Shown here piece by piece: positions 35,246 to 47,300 of a stretch of DNA of 64,000 nt (within the stretch, counting starts at the first letter, position 1; the number at the start of each line of letters is the position of its first letter). The position numbers and the translations under genes are program-made. The DNA comes from Antedon mediterranea (taxonomy: Eukaryota > Animalia > Echinodermata): assembly GCF_964355755.1 (NCBI RefSeq), contig NC_092673.1, positions 1,240,001-1,304,000 of the forward strand, in the 5' to 3' direction. The notes beneath the pieces were generated by a model. The model made no database searches, was not told the DNA's origin, and was given only the letters and a program-made list of their open reading frames with translations.

Positions 35246-36346
35246 TATAATAGTATCTATTGCACGCCATTTGACCCACAATCGTCTAACCAAATGACAA
35301 GAATATATCTAGGTGTGTTATAATACTGTCTATTGAATTCCCTTTGACCCACAATTGTCTAATCAAATGACAAGAATATATCTAGGTGTGTTATAATACT
35401 GTCTATTGAATGCCATGTGACCCACAATCGTCTAACCAAATGACAAGAATATATCTAGATGTGTTATAATACTGTCTATTGAATGCCATGTGACCCACAA
35501 TCGTCTAACCAAATGACAAGAATATATCTAGGTGTGTTATAATACTGTCTATTGAATTCCCTTTGACCCACAATTGTCTAATCAAATGACAAGAATATAT
35601 CTAGGTGTGTTATAATACTGTCTATTGAATGCCATGTGACCCACAATCGTCTAACCAAATGACAAGAATATATCTAGGTGTGTTATAATACTGTCTATTG
35701 AATTCCCTTTGACCCACAATTGTCTAATCAAATGACAAGAATATATCTAGGTGTGTTATAATACTGTCTATTGAATGCCATTTGACCCACAATTGTCTAA
35801 TCAAATGACAAGAATATATCTAGGTGTGTTATAATACTGTCTATTGAATGCCATGTGACCCACAATCGTCTAACCAAATGACAAGAATATATCTAGGTGT
35901 GTTATAATACTGTCTATTGAATGCCATGTGACCCACAATCGTCTAACCAAATGACAAGAATATATCTAGGTGTGTTATAATACTGTCTATTGAATGCCAT
36001 GTGACCCACAATCGTCTAACCAAATGCCAAGAATATATCTAGGTGTGTTATAATATACTGTCTATTGAATGCCATGTGACCCACAATCATCTAACCAAAT
36101 GACAAGAATATATCTAGGTGTGTTATAATACTCTCGATTGAATGCCATGTGACCCACAATTGTCTAATCAAATGACAAGAAAATATCTAGGTGTGTTATA
36201 ATACTGTCTATTGAATGCCATGTGACCCAAAATTGTCTAATCAAATGACAAGAATATATCTAGGTGTGTTATAATACTGTCTATTGAATGCCATGTGACC
36301 CACAATCGTCTAATCAAATGATTGACAAGAACATATCTAGGTGTGT
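35246..36346. repeat. 73-bp tandem repeat, about 15 copies
   Basis: TGACCCACAAT at 35272, 35345, 35418...; two interleaved variants (TTCCCTT / TGCCATG). Confidence 0.97.
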
Positions 36347-38452
36347 CTTGTATTAAATACTACCGTTAGTTAGCTTTTTGAAATGCTTACTACTGACTGA
36401 AACTATATTATGAGATAAATAACAAAAAATTATATTTTATTTGATCGATTTAAAAAACAAAAAAAAACTAGAGGCATAAGTGCATAATACCATCAAATGT
36501 AAAGTACATAAAATTTCCATACAATATATATTTTTTTCTTTTTTTTTCTTAATGCTGTGTGTGATTGATATAGGCAAATTTGAATACAGCTAAAATAGAC
36601 ATGAGTAGTTTTATGATTCTAAAAAATTTTTAGTGGTTGGACACCCAGTTGGTACTAAAAAAAAAAATACAAGGGCGTCGGTTCAGGAGAACCAGCAACA
36701 CAAAAACCCCACCAGCCCAGAGAGGAGACAAGGCTGTGTATCTTGTATCATGAGTACAATTCCCATATGGAAGGATTTGTATCTCATCTGCTACACCTCT
36801 ACGATCCTCTAGGTCATGGGACAACTAGAACTAGAACAAAATTATGTCACGCTTTTAATTTTAAGCTCACAGTCATATAATATTTCAGATATTTATGATT
36901 TTGTTTTGAATATCATGCATGAATGAGTTTTTATAGCAAGCATGTGCTAAAGAAGTGAAGACGGATTGATCTTTTGTATTAATATAAGCAGCCTGATCAT
37001 TGTTTACATGGAGAAGAACACAAAGAGAGCTCTGCAGCCTTTGTGCCTCATGTTAGTACTCAGCTGCTCATAGTTAAGCATGAATGAAACTTTAAATTTG
37101 ATCAGGAAGCCATACCTGAAGCCTTCTGGGTTTAAATGGCAGGACTTTTAAGTAAAAATGTTTGCGCATGAAACAATTCCAATCATTTTTTATCAATTGT
37201 TTATAATTGTACAGTAATCCAATAAATTCTATATGAAAAAATACAATATCAAGAAGTGATAAAATACAGTAATAATTGTATCAAAATGCTTTGTAAATTA
37301 TACACCATGAAAGTCAATGAATTCTATAACAAATAGAATGTTTTATACTACAATATAGTGAGTATATATGCATGTGGTGGGGCATTTACTTGAGGACAAA
37401 AATAAAGGCCCTAGGGTGTGGCTTTATTTGAACAAATACAGTATACATACAGTATCCAAAATGCATTCTAGTCCTATCAACTTATGTTGTAGGCTACATA
37501 TTTTTATTTCCATAATGCCAACATAGTTATTTTTCTGTTGAGCTATGTACAGGTACACACTGTACTATCCCTACACATGTTTTCTATGTCTGTCATATAA
37601 TAACCCATATGATTATACATTATTTCTAGATATGGGTGATACAGTGTTTTGCTGTTTTTCTTTAAAAAGTTGCACTAACTGACTCTCTCTGATTTCCACC
37701 ATATAATAAAGACAAGTATACCTAATACAGGTTGTTCTGAATCACAAATTGCTGAGCCCAGTTTGTCAACTAACAATACATAGAGCATCATCACATCAAG
37801 TGTTATACAGTAACTGTAATAAGACTTATTTATGTCATTTTTATCACTATGGGATAACAAAAATAATAATATGACATAACAGAAAATATCAAGAATCCAG
37901 GTAGACCTATGCTAGGCCACCTGTGTACAATATCGCAGTGGATGGATGGTTTGTAACGGGGTGGGTTACAAGAGGCATGTTTTTAAATTGGGATTCAAAC
38001 CTGGATTTAGCAAACTGGATATGATTTTACCATGGAGGTATGAAACCTTCATATTGTACCTAAAACCTCAATTTAGCCTAGGCCAATTACTGTTGAGTAC
38101 TCAAGTGATTACTCTACCACAAGACATTCCAAAATAATGAGTAATCGAGCAACAAGGTTAATGACTTTAAACTATAATAATGTGCATGTATCATGTGCAT
38201 TATCAGTCGTTTTACTTGTGCTTTACTAATTAAGCACAGGGCTGTTATTATTATTGACATTGTTGTTAGTCACAATTTATCTCTAAAATATACCATAATA
38301 AGTACAGTTGTTAAATATGTGGGGGAGTTTTATTTTCAAAACAATGATTAAAATTGAATACATGTGTGTGAGTCTTTAATTAAGAATTATTACATTACTG
38401 AATACCACAAGAAAAGCAGACAAAAAAGTTCACTTTCGATCTATATGAACAC

Positions 38453-38523
38453 GTGTCTATGACGCAACGGTAGCACGTCTGTTTCCAGATGAGAAAGTGC
38501 ACGTTCAAATCATGTTTTGGTCA
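38453..38523 (+). pseudogene. tRNA-Trp(CCA) pseudogene
   Basis: TGACGCAACGGTAGCACGTCTGTTTCCAGATGAGAAAGTGCACGTTCAAATCATGTTTTGGTCA follows metazoan tRNA-Trp (TGGCGCAACGGTAGCGCGTCTGACTCCAGATCAGAAGG...GTTCAAATCACGTCGGGGTCA), but acceptor and anticodon stems are disrupted. Confidence 0.75.
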
Positions 38524-39736
38524 AGTCTAACGCCAAAGTTTTTAAAGATTTTAGGTACAACTAATATCTAAAATCAAATAACCCAGTCTCATACAAATAT
38601 TTATTCACAGCCTGTCCCATTGGTTGCTGTTCTCACTTGTATTACACTTAAAATCATGCCTATTACTTTGTAGTCACTGCTAGATTATTTAGAATTTCAG
38701 CTTGTAAAGTTGTGATTAATCAATAAATGGAGTAAATCTTAATTAAATTATAGTTTGTGTTGATATCAGATTTAATAAAATATTCAACTAGAATTGTTCA
38801 CAGTTTATGTGGATGAAATTTACCAAAATAGAAATTTAATGTACTCAAAATGTCTACAGTAACCGAAATGTGTTACAAGTTTACAAATAAAGAAAGAGTA
38901 ATTGATATAAAATTGTCATGAGAGCTACAGCTTGAACTACACAACATTAGTTGCACCACTCAATCCTGAGGATGGATTCAAGTATAGAACATTCCAGCAA
39001 GGAGATGTTATTACAAATATTCCACAATACTAAACGCTAGTTTTACCAACTAAAGAGAAACTAAAAATGAACAAAGAAAACATTGACTCAAGTTGATCAA
39101 GTTCACATTAAACACACACTTTGAATGGAATGATGATCAGGTCAGAGACATATTATTTGGATTTTTTTTTTTTTAACAAAATTCAATACAGCCAGAAATA
39201 GGATACTGTATTCTATAGGAAAAGATATAGTTGGAACTATAAATATACCCTTTGGGAATTTGTTAAACACTGTTACCATTCAGTTTAATTTGATTTGTAG
39301 ATATTTTATACCTTTAGGTCAAATAAACCAATAAAAGTTGACTATTAATATTCATATTATATCTTGATTTCTAATGTATTGGATTCTACTGCAGCAGGAA
39401 ATACAAGCACACCACATAACCAAGAAAAGGATGGATTGCAGAGACTAACTCTTGGCAAACAGCCAAGATAGTATGATAATATGTTGCTGAAAGAGATTTA
39501 ATTTTCCTACAAAGCTAGACATTCTGAATTTTTATTTCTCTTTTAATCAGGTTTATAGAGTAACAAGATTAATAGCAATTAAGAACATTTTCCAATTGCT
39601 ATAAAACTACACTGATATTAACACTGAATTAAGAGGTGAAAGTCTACATTCTGTGAGTCAAAAGCTAAAATACAGCCTTTATTGCGATAACCAACCGCTA
39701 AACAAAAATGACCACCACGTCACCTATTTACACTAT

Positions 39737-39860
39737 TACAAAATCCTTAAAATCAATGGTATTATTACAGACATACGTTGATTATGGTTACAATAGCTAT
39801 GAAATCCTTAAAATCAATGGTATTATTACAGACATACGTTGATTATGGTTACAATAGCTA
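39737..39860. repeat. ~62-bp tandem duplication
   Basis: AAATCCTTAAAATCAATGG...CAATAGCTA occurs twice. Confidence 0.9.
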
Positions 39861-41073
39861 CAGTATGAAGCCTACCTTGCATTTCTTGGCTCTCTCAAAA
39901 TTCTCATCTCAGTTTCTTTCCTGAAAATTGATTAACAATATTTTTATTATTAGACTAGAATTCCCTACAAACAACTTTGGCAAAATAACCAATACATTTT
40001 AAACAATTGTTCTCATAATTATTTATATTAATTATAATATTTTACCAGACCAGTAAATAAAATCCAAAAAGATGTTTTTATATGTCTGTATCTTATTCTT
40101 ATCTGTTATTATCATAATTTATCTGTTTTGTGTGACTGACAAAATACCAAAAAGGGTCAACAGCCATTTCAGACATGAGGCAATTCCATTTTCTTCCAGT
40201 TGTCGACATATTACTTGAGACTTTGTAGTGAAAAATTAGATGAAACATTAAGTTCTGTTGCTTAAAAATAAGCTTGAAAGTTTGTTCTTTTATCAAATTC
40301 TTTATTCATTCCGTGTGAGGAAATTTCAAATTTCTTGTTGCTATAGTGATGTCATATCACTATAATTTTAACAATTAATTTGTTGATGGGAGGTACAATA
40401 CTCAATAAGAAAAAACAACTACTTACTAAATTTGTAATGCTCATCCAAACATCAGAAGATAAATAAAAAGTAAATAATATGAATGCACAGTCAATTTGTC
40501 CAACAATTCTCAATCTGTTACTGAATGCTAAAACAAGTTTCACAATTCCTGGATATTAAATCTAAACTAAATCTTAAAAAAAATTTAAGCTAATTCTATA
40601 ATAATGACCTGTAAAAAAAAGATAATATAATTTGATTTATTTAAATGCACAACTGAAGCGCTAATAACTAAGAGAAGAATTCTATGATTGATTAAGAAAA
40701 AATGTAAAAATAATATGCCATTTGTTGGTTGAAATAATACATGGACGACAAGTTTCTAAAAAAAAGAGCTGAAAAATACAGTTTAAAAATTTGATTAAAA
40801 TGATCTATAACAAATAAATGTTATTGAAAAAGACATGATTGGTAGAAATGAATTGTATGCTGTAGATTAGGGAGCTTTCAATGACATATGGGTGTCATTG
40901 GCTGTTGGCCGCACCCCAACATAACTAAATCCAAGGTCATCGACAGTTAATAGTATATCTATCATGAGGAACCTAATGGTACAAAATAAAAAATTGATTA
41001 AAATAGGATGTTTGTAAATGAAATGATTATACTATGAAAACAGTTTTAATAAGAATTAAAGTTAATATTCAAT

Positions 41074-41250
41074 CAAGGCAATCTAACAACAGGACACTGA
41101 GCTTGTCTTGCCAAGATAGGAACTCGTAACAGTCCTTTGATATTATGTCTGGCTGCGGCATATACCAACAGTACTGTACATATTCTCTGCGGGGTGGGGT
41201 GTCTGTTATTAGGGGCGTGGAACTGACCATCATGTTGTTAGATTGCCTTG
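41074..41250. mobile_element. P-superfamily-like MITE with 7-bp TSD, just 3' of the PWWP2 stop codon
   Basis: TIR CAAGGCAATCTAACAACA / TGTTGTTAGATTGCCTTG; ATTCAAT duplicated at 41067-41073 and 41251-41257; CAnRG termini. Confidence 0.85.
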
Positions 41251-41299
41251 ATTCAATTCATTGAATAATGTACAGTAAACAGAAAAAACAAACCTAAGA

Positions 41300-43099
41300 T
41301 CATGGTTGCAGAGCAGACGTTTCAAACATGGTGTTAAGAGCTCGTACTTCAGGCGTCAAAGCCAGAGCCTCTGTGTTTGCCATCTTCACTGCTTCTTTAT
41401 AAACACCTCGTCTTTTCTTATCAAACCTAGACTTGTAATATTGAAGGAAAGGAAACAGTTTTTCGACGTTGATGTACGATATCGTGTTGGCCGCAAACCA
41501 CTTGATTAACGCTTCTTGGTTGACGACCGTCCCGTTGTCTTGTCGACTTACGTTCATTCTGACAACTCGTCCCGGCCACCACGGGAACCCAATAATCTTT
41601 CCCCATATGACATCACCTATACACATTATACGTCCGTCACCCAGAACAACCCGCGTGATATTCTTTTTATGAACGTTGACTTTGACGCGTGATGGAGTCT
41701 TTCCGTCCGATTTATCTGAATCAATTTCGATTTCTTCTACATCCGATTCCGAATCATCAGAATCGAAATCATAAACATTAACATTATGTGCAATTATTTT
41801 GCCATTTAATTTAAAGTTTGTACTTCCATTTCCGTTCATTTTCTTGGGTGCAGTTGTCAGAGTTCTATTTTCAATCGGTTTCTTTGAAGTTTCATCTGAA
41901 ATTGAGTTTTTACCTGTCAATTTTGTTGACACGATTTCCTTCTTTGTTGATTTTTTACAATTGTCTTTTATCAACCCATTTCGTTTTACAACTTTACCTA
42001 TATTTTTAGTCTTTGCCAATTTATTAACACCGCAAATGTTTTGTTTGTTATTCGGTTTTAGTTTTGTTGTTTTCTCATTTGCTTTTGACTTCGCTTTCTT
42101 TAAAACAGTTTTTGCTCGTTCTAATTTATTTTGCTTTGATGTTTTTACAGATGGACTTATTGGAAGGTTTACAATAATGTCCTTTTTCTCTTTCTTTGGT
42201 GCTGCATATGATATTTTTATTACTTGTTTTTCGCTACATATTGTATGCGTCTCTATACAGTCGCTTTTCTTCTTTTTATTTGCAGTAAAGTCATTATCGG
42301 TCTTGCGTTTCATAGGTTTTACAAGTTTCATTGGACTTGGAATGCCTTTCAAACTGTGTTTACAACGACTACACAAAATGTTTCGTGGACGTAACCTAAA
42401 AGGTCGCGTTCTTGTACTCATTCGTTGTTTCGGATCGCTGCTGCAGTTTCGTTTGGGAGACATTAAAAAAGGTCTTGGAGGTGGAAGAGGCAAGTTCTGA
42501 TGATACGTTTGTCTGTAGGCTAAAGTTGTGTGACCCTCAGTAGCTTTTGGAACGCTGGATTCTAGAGCTGATGTCATTGACTTCTCTTCATCACTTTGAG
42601 TAGCTGGATTGACTGGTGCTGTAATTGGTGGAGTCACTCCAATCGGACCACTGCTGGGACGTCAAAAGGAATATATTGTTAGAATACTATATATACAAAA
42701 TCACATAATAATATAATCAATCAATTCTGGATTTTCATTCATTTCACACTTAGTCTTACCAAACAAAGCTAGGCCTACCAATACCATAGGCTACACTCTA
42801 CTAGACAGGGAGGCGAGCACTACTAGCAGGCTAACTAGGCTAGCCTTCTACTGATGTACTAGCTATATACCAATAGCTAGGCCTACACGGTGTATATAGT
42901 GACACTCAAAACAGAATGACACAAAAAAAAAACAAATTAACTTTTTTGAATACCTTTTCAGTGCATCGATCAAAACACCCCGAAATACTCGATCTCCATG
43001 CCTCAGGCACACAACAAGAACATCATTTAATGAATCTTCAACTTCTGCAAGATATACTGTGCCTTTTTGTGGAGCTTGTTTATTGTCTTCGGTGGCCAT
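41300..43099 (-). CDS. PWWP2: PWWP domain-containing protein 2 (PWWP2A/2B pro-ortholog), 2 coding exons
   Basis: Exons 43099-42954 and 42650-41300 (NAGNAG acceptor). DVLVVCLRHGDRVFRGVLID, TYHQNLPLPPPR, RLRPRNILCSRCK and C-terminal GDVIWGKIIGFPWWPGRV match PWWP2 architecture. Confidence 0.92.
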
Positions 43100-43221
43100 T
43101 TTCCCAAAAGTAGGCCTAGGCCTCCGCTATCTTCACACACACACCACCACAACAACCGGCCGTACGAACGCAATGAAGTAAGCTTGTGGTGTTGTGTGGA
43201 ACGTAGAAAGTGTTGAACTTG

Positions 43222-43233
43222 TACGCATGCGCA
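43222..43233. promoter_or_regulatory. NRF1-like site in the PWWP2 promoter
   Basis: TACGCATGCGCA about 125 bp upstream of the ATG. Confidence 0.55.
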
Positions 43234-44006
43234 CTATGAAAGGGTGCTATTGTAAATTTGATGGGGTATAGTGCTTTCGATAGCCTTTATTTGAATAATT
43301 AATCTGTATTAATTATTATAATATATAGTGCAGTATTAACAGTTTTATTTTTTCTAAATTTAAAATGTTTTTAATTTGGTTTTATGTCATTATAATGGCA
43401 TCCATAAAAAAAAACTTATCGTTTTTACGGTATTGTGTTTTTGTTCTTGACTTTTTATGTCTAAGTCCCAAGCATAAAGTCCTTTTCTTCGATGTTTTTA
43501 TTTAGCTAAACTTTTTCTTCTGTAATTTGTACAGCTGCTTTACAGCAAGCCCAGGATTGTGCTCATAGCCATTATCTACGCCACTGAACTGATGTTATTA
43601 AATGAGCTTTTAATAACTCTATTAAAGTAATTTAAGAAAAATTCTTAAGCACGAACATTTATTTCTTATTTTGGTAGGATAGGAGACAGTGCCTTTTTCA
43701 CTCAAGCTCCTGTGAATTTTGTTCCAGCAAACTCTCAAAGTGTTGGAAAACGGAGTGATGTAAATGGTTCCTCTGCTTCACTTTTGTGTGTGCTTAGAAA
43801 CATTGTATTAGGCACTATAAGACTACCATTATAATTATTTTATTAACATAAATACAAACAAATGTATACAACAATTGGAATTTTAACAAAAGTCTTGAGT
43901 AAAGGAATGTTATTTTATCGGAAAACAGCTGCGATTCACACACACTTCAAAAACACATTGAGAATTAGGGTTACATAACCAGGTCTATTGCATGCTATGT
44001 TTCTTT

Positions 44007-44177
44007 AAGATCTGTCTACACTATCAAACTAGTTTGATAAAAAAGTGTAATGTGTTAAATATGGTAGTGACATGACAAAATACGGTAGTGATATTACATC
44101 ATCATGTCCATAATATGGGCGCATCACATTTTTTTTGTCGCGTAAAGTTTGATAGTGTAGAGTGTAGACAGAGCTTT
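44007..44177. mobile_element. MITE family A
   Basis: Family TIRs and core. Confidence 0.82.
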
Positions 44178-44334
44178 AGCGATTAGATGGATGATTTCAT
44201 TGGTATACTGTCATTGTCATTAATTGAAAGGAAAATTTCATTTTTCATATTATTCCTAAATCATTCCTTAAATTAAACATTTTTATTTTTATTGAAATTT
44301 TTAGTTCTTATAAATCCTATTGTTTTCCCATTTG

Positions 44335-47300
44335 TCAGGACTCTATTTTGCCTTGCTGAAAATCATGCAGAAGTGCAGCCATTGATAGTCTCTGTTCCAA
44401 AGAGTTTGCTGGACTGTACAAGAACATCCTATTGCCAAAATTGAAGTCTAACAACTGGGTGTCTGTGATTGGAACAATTGGTGACACACCAACTTCTTCA
44501 TTAGCAAAGTAGAACAGTTTATCTGAAAATCAAAACAATTATTAAAGTAATCAATACATATTTTATAAACATATAAAAAAACATTTTCATCTTATGATGT
44601 TTATAACTTTTATTGATCACAATCGGCGTCTATAGGCATATTACAGGCCTATGCACATTGATCTTCCTGTATCCTTTGTCACGGGTAGCACTCAAGGCCC
44701 AACGCCCCACCCCTAAAAAAAATGAACTTTGTTAACGTCCAAACAATCGGCGGTTCCCACACCGAACACATGAGAGAAAATACTCATTCTGCCCAGGTGA
44801 TAAATGAATCTTACTTATTGAATGTCCATTGACGGTAAAGAATATTGTGCCGGCAGGAAGCTGTAAACCACATCCAATAGTTATATTACCATTACATCCA
44901 AACTAGAACATAAAAACAAATAAATTGTAAATATTTCATCACCAAAAACCTAGTACTGAAATACTGTTTCTTGGTAGGGTGAAGAAAATATCTTAAATGA
45001 AGGCTGTAATACCTGAATGTTAGTACCATCTGGTAACTGGAGACTACCATCAACACTGTAGATACCAGAAACTTGATCTGTACCTTCAATACTACTGTAT
45101 CCAACAGCAACCGATCTTAAAAAGAGGAAACAAATTGTAAAAAAAATAGTTTATATATAGATTGGCTATAGTGGGTGAACTCCTGATTGGGAGCACAGAG
45201 AAATTTTATAAACTAAATCGCAATAAAATGAATAATTTCTTGGTAAATTTCTAGCAATTTTGCATACGTAGTACTGTGTGATTGCATTGAAGGTGTGACT
45301 GGTGTATTAAAGTGGTTGATTCAAATGGCATACTGTTGGTTAATTCTCCATGAAGAATCACTTTTTAACTGCGATTACATTGGAGTCCACCCTCTAGCCA
45401 ATCAATATATAAACTCTTTGTTAAGAATGTCTGAATCACGTTTAATTTCTCACCACCGCCCATATGGCCCCACTCATCTCCATAGACTTACTTTGGTGAA
45501 TCTGCTGTCACTACTACTTCATAATATAATGAAGGGCTCTCATCAAGATGTCTGATTGGTTGATTTAAATCAGTGTTATCATCAACTGATTTCATTGGTT
45601 GTATTTCAATTCTGGAATCAAAATAAGGCGACGGCGAATCACAAGTGCTATCTGAAATCATCTTAGGTTGCAAGCGTTTCATACCACCATCATTTTTTGG
45701 TACCATTCTGTCTCCTCCTCCCCCCATCAAATACATACAATCCTCATTAAAAGTGTGATCTTCCTCATTTGTGATAATTGCCATTTCTTCTCCACCTCCA
45801 TTTACTCCTTCAATCAAAGTCTCATCTTCAAGGTCAATGTCGATCTCCTCCTCCTCCTCTTCTTGAAATGGAACCCACCATGACACTCCAGGAACGTCAT
45901 GATAACGAGATGAGAAGGTAACTGGTGTGGAGATAATTTCACGATATGCAACGTAACCAGGTGGCATAAGATTACCATATCTATGCAATAAATCAAAATT
46001 ACACAACCTTTATTTTATGCTACATAATTGGTGAAGTGAAATTTAACTAGGAGACAGCAGAGTGATGCTAACAGTATATAAATATTATACATAAATCAGA
46101 ATACTGTGTATACTGTATATATATATAAATCCAAAGGAAAATTACTGAAAAAATGACAATGTTGTGGGTATCAGTGGCTGGATCTCAATGGAGATACAAA
46201 AAAAAAGCAAAAACCTATTAAATCAAAATGATAAAGTAAAACAGCCAGTGCAAGTGATATAATATGAATTTTAAACAATTAATTTTTGAGCTGTGAATTA
46301 CATTAAAGATCACATTAAAGGTAATTCTACAACATCATTAGACAGATGCTAACAACATCTTTTGTGATTACCTGAATGGCTTGTCCCCAAAGTTGAAAGC
46401 AATTTGCTGATTTGTTGATAAGGAGCATGCTGGGTAAAAGGATCTTTTCAAATCTATATTCTTAAAAGCCACGCCCATATTGAGACCTCTCAGCCAATAG
46501 GAGACATTTCCATGCTTATCAATCAAACAACTAATGACGTCACTTTCTTTCCATTCCTTTCCATAATCATTGTTCTGAAATTATGATAATAATATCATCT
46601 TTATTTTTGTAATAAAAGTGGGAGTGGGGCAATCAAGTGGGTGGTGTACCCAAGGGTGATCCCCATAAGGAAAGGGAAGGGCCTTTTTGTGAAGAAAAAA
46701 AAACTCTCTGTAAATATCCTGGCTATGGGCTTGAGTTCTAATATTATTATAAAACAGTTACAGTTGTCTCCAACTTTTAATCAGATTTGTCTGTAACTGG
46801 TTTAATCTAGTTTCTATAGATTACGGTCGCCTTGTTGATATAATAAACCTTTCATCATTCACCTCATGCCATTATTTGTACCATTGCACTCATAAACATT
46901 CATTATTTGTATACTATTGTATTACCATTTGTTCTGTGATTGGCCCACTCCATATCTTACATCTGGCTCCATCAAAAGCATACGATTCAGTGTCATCTCC
47001 TACGCCCATCCCTACGAAATATAAATACTTTAACTGAAATGAAAACACTTTTTTTTTGTTGCTTTACAATTTACTGTAAACTCTGGACAAATAATAACAA
47101 TAATAATATCCTGGATTTATATAGCGCCTAATATTGTGAAACCTCTAAGCGCTGAATATTAGGCACATCACACCTTTTTTGTCAAACTAGTTTGATAGTG
47201 TAGACAGAGCCTTACCTTTTTCAGGTTCTAAAGAACATTGTCTGGTTGCCCAACCAATTTGTACTATTCCAGAAGAGTATAGTTCTACCTAAATAAATAA

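Noticed and set aside
35246-36346. Possible CRISPR-like array (also considered for 21894-22221)
   Set aside because: Units are contiguous with no unique spacers, no cas genes are present, and the context is eukaryotic.
38453-38523. Functional tRNA-Trp
   Set aside because: Acceptor and anticodon stems do not pair properly; kept only as a pseudogene.
29700-41000. snoRNA or miRNA host cluster
   Set aside because: No convincing paired C/D boxes with terminal stems or recognisable miRNA hairpins found by eye; an Infernal scan would be needed to exclude this fully.
41799-42500. 233-aa hydrophobic ORF on the + strand
   Set aside because: Antisense shadow of the Lys-rich PWWP2 exon.
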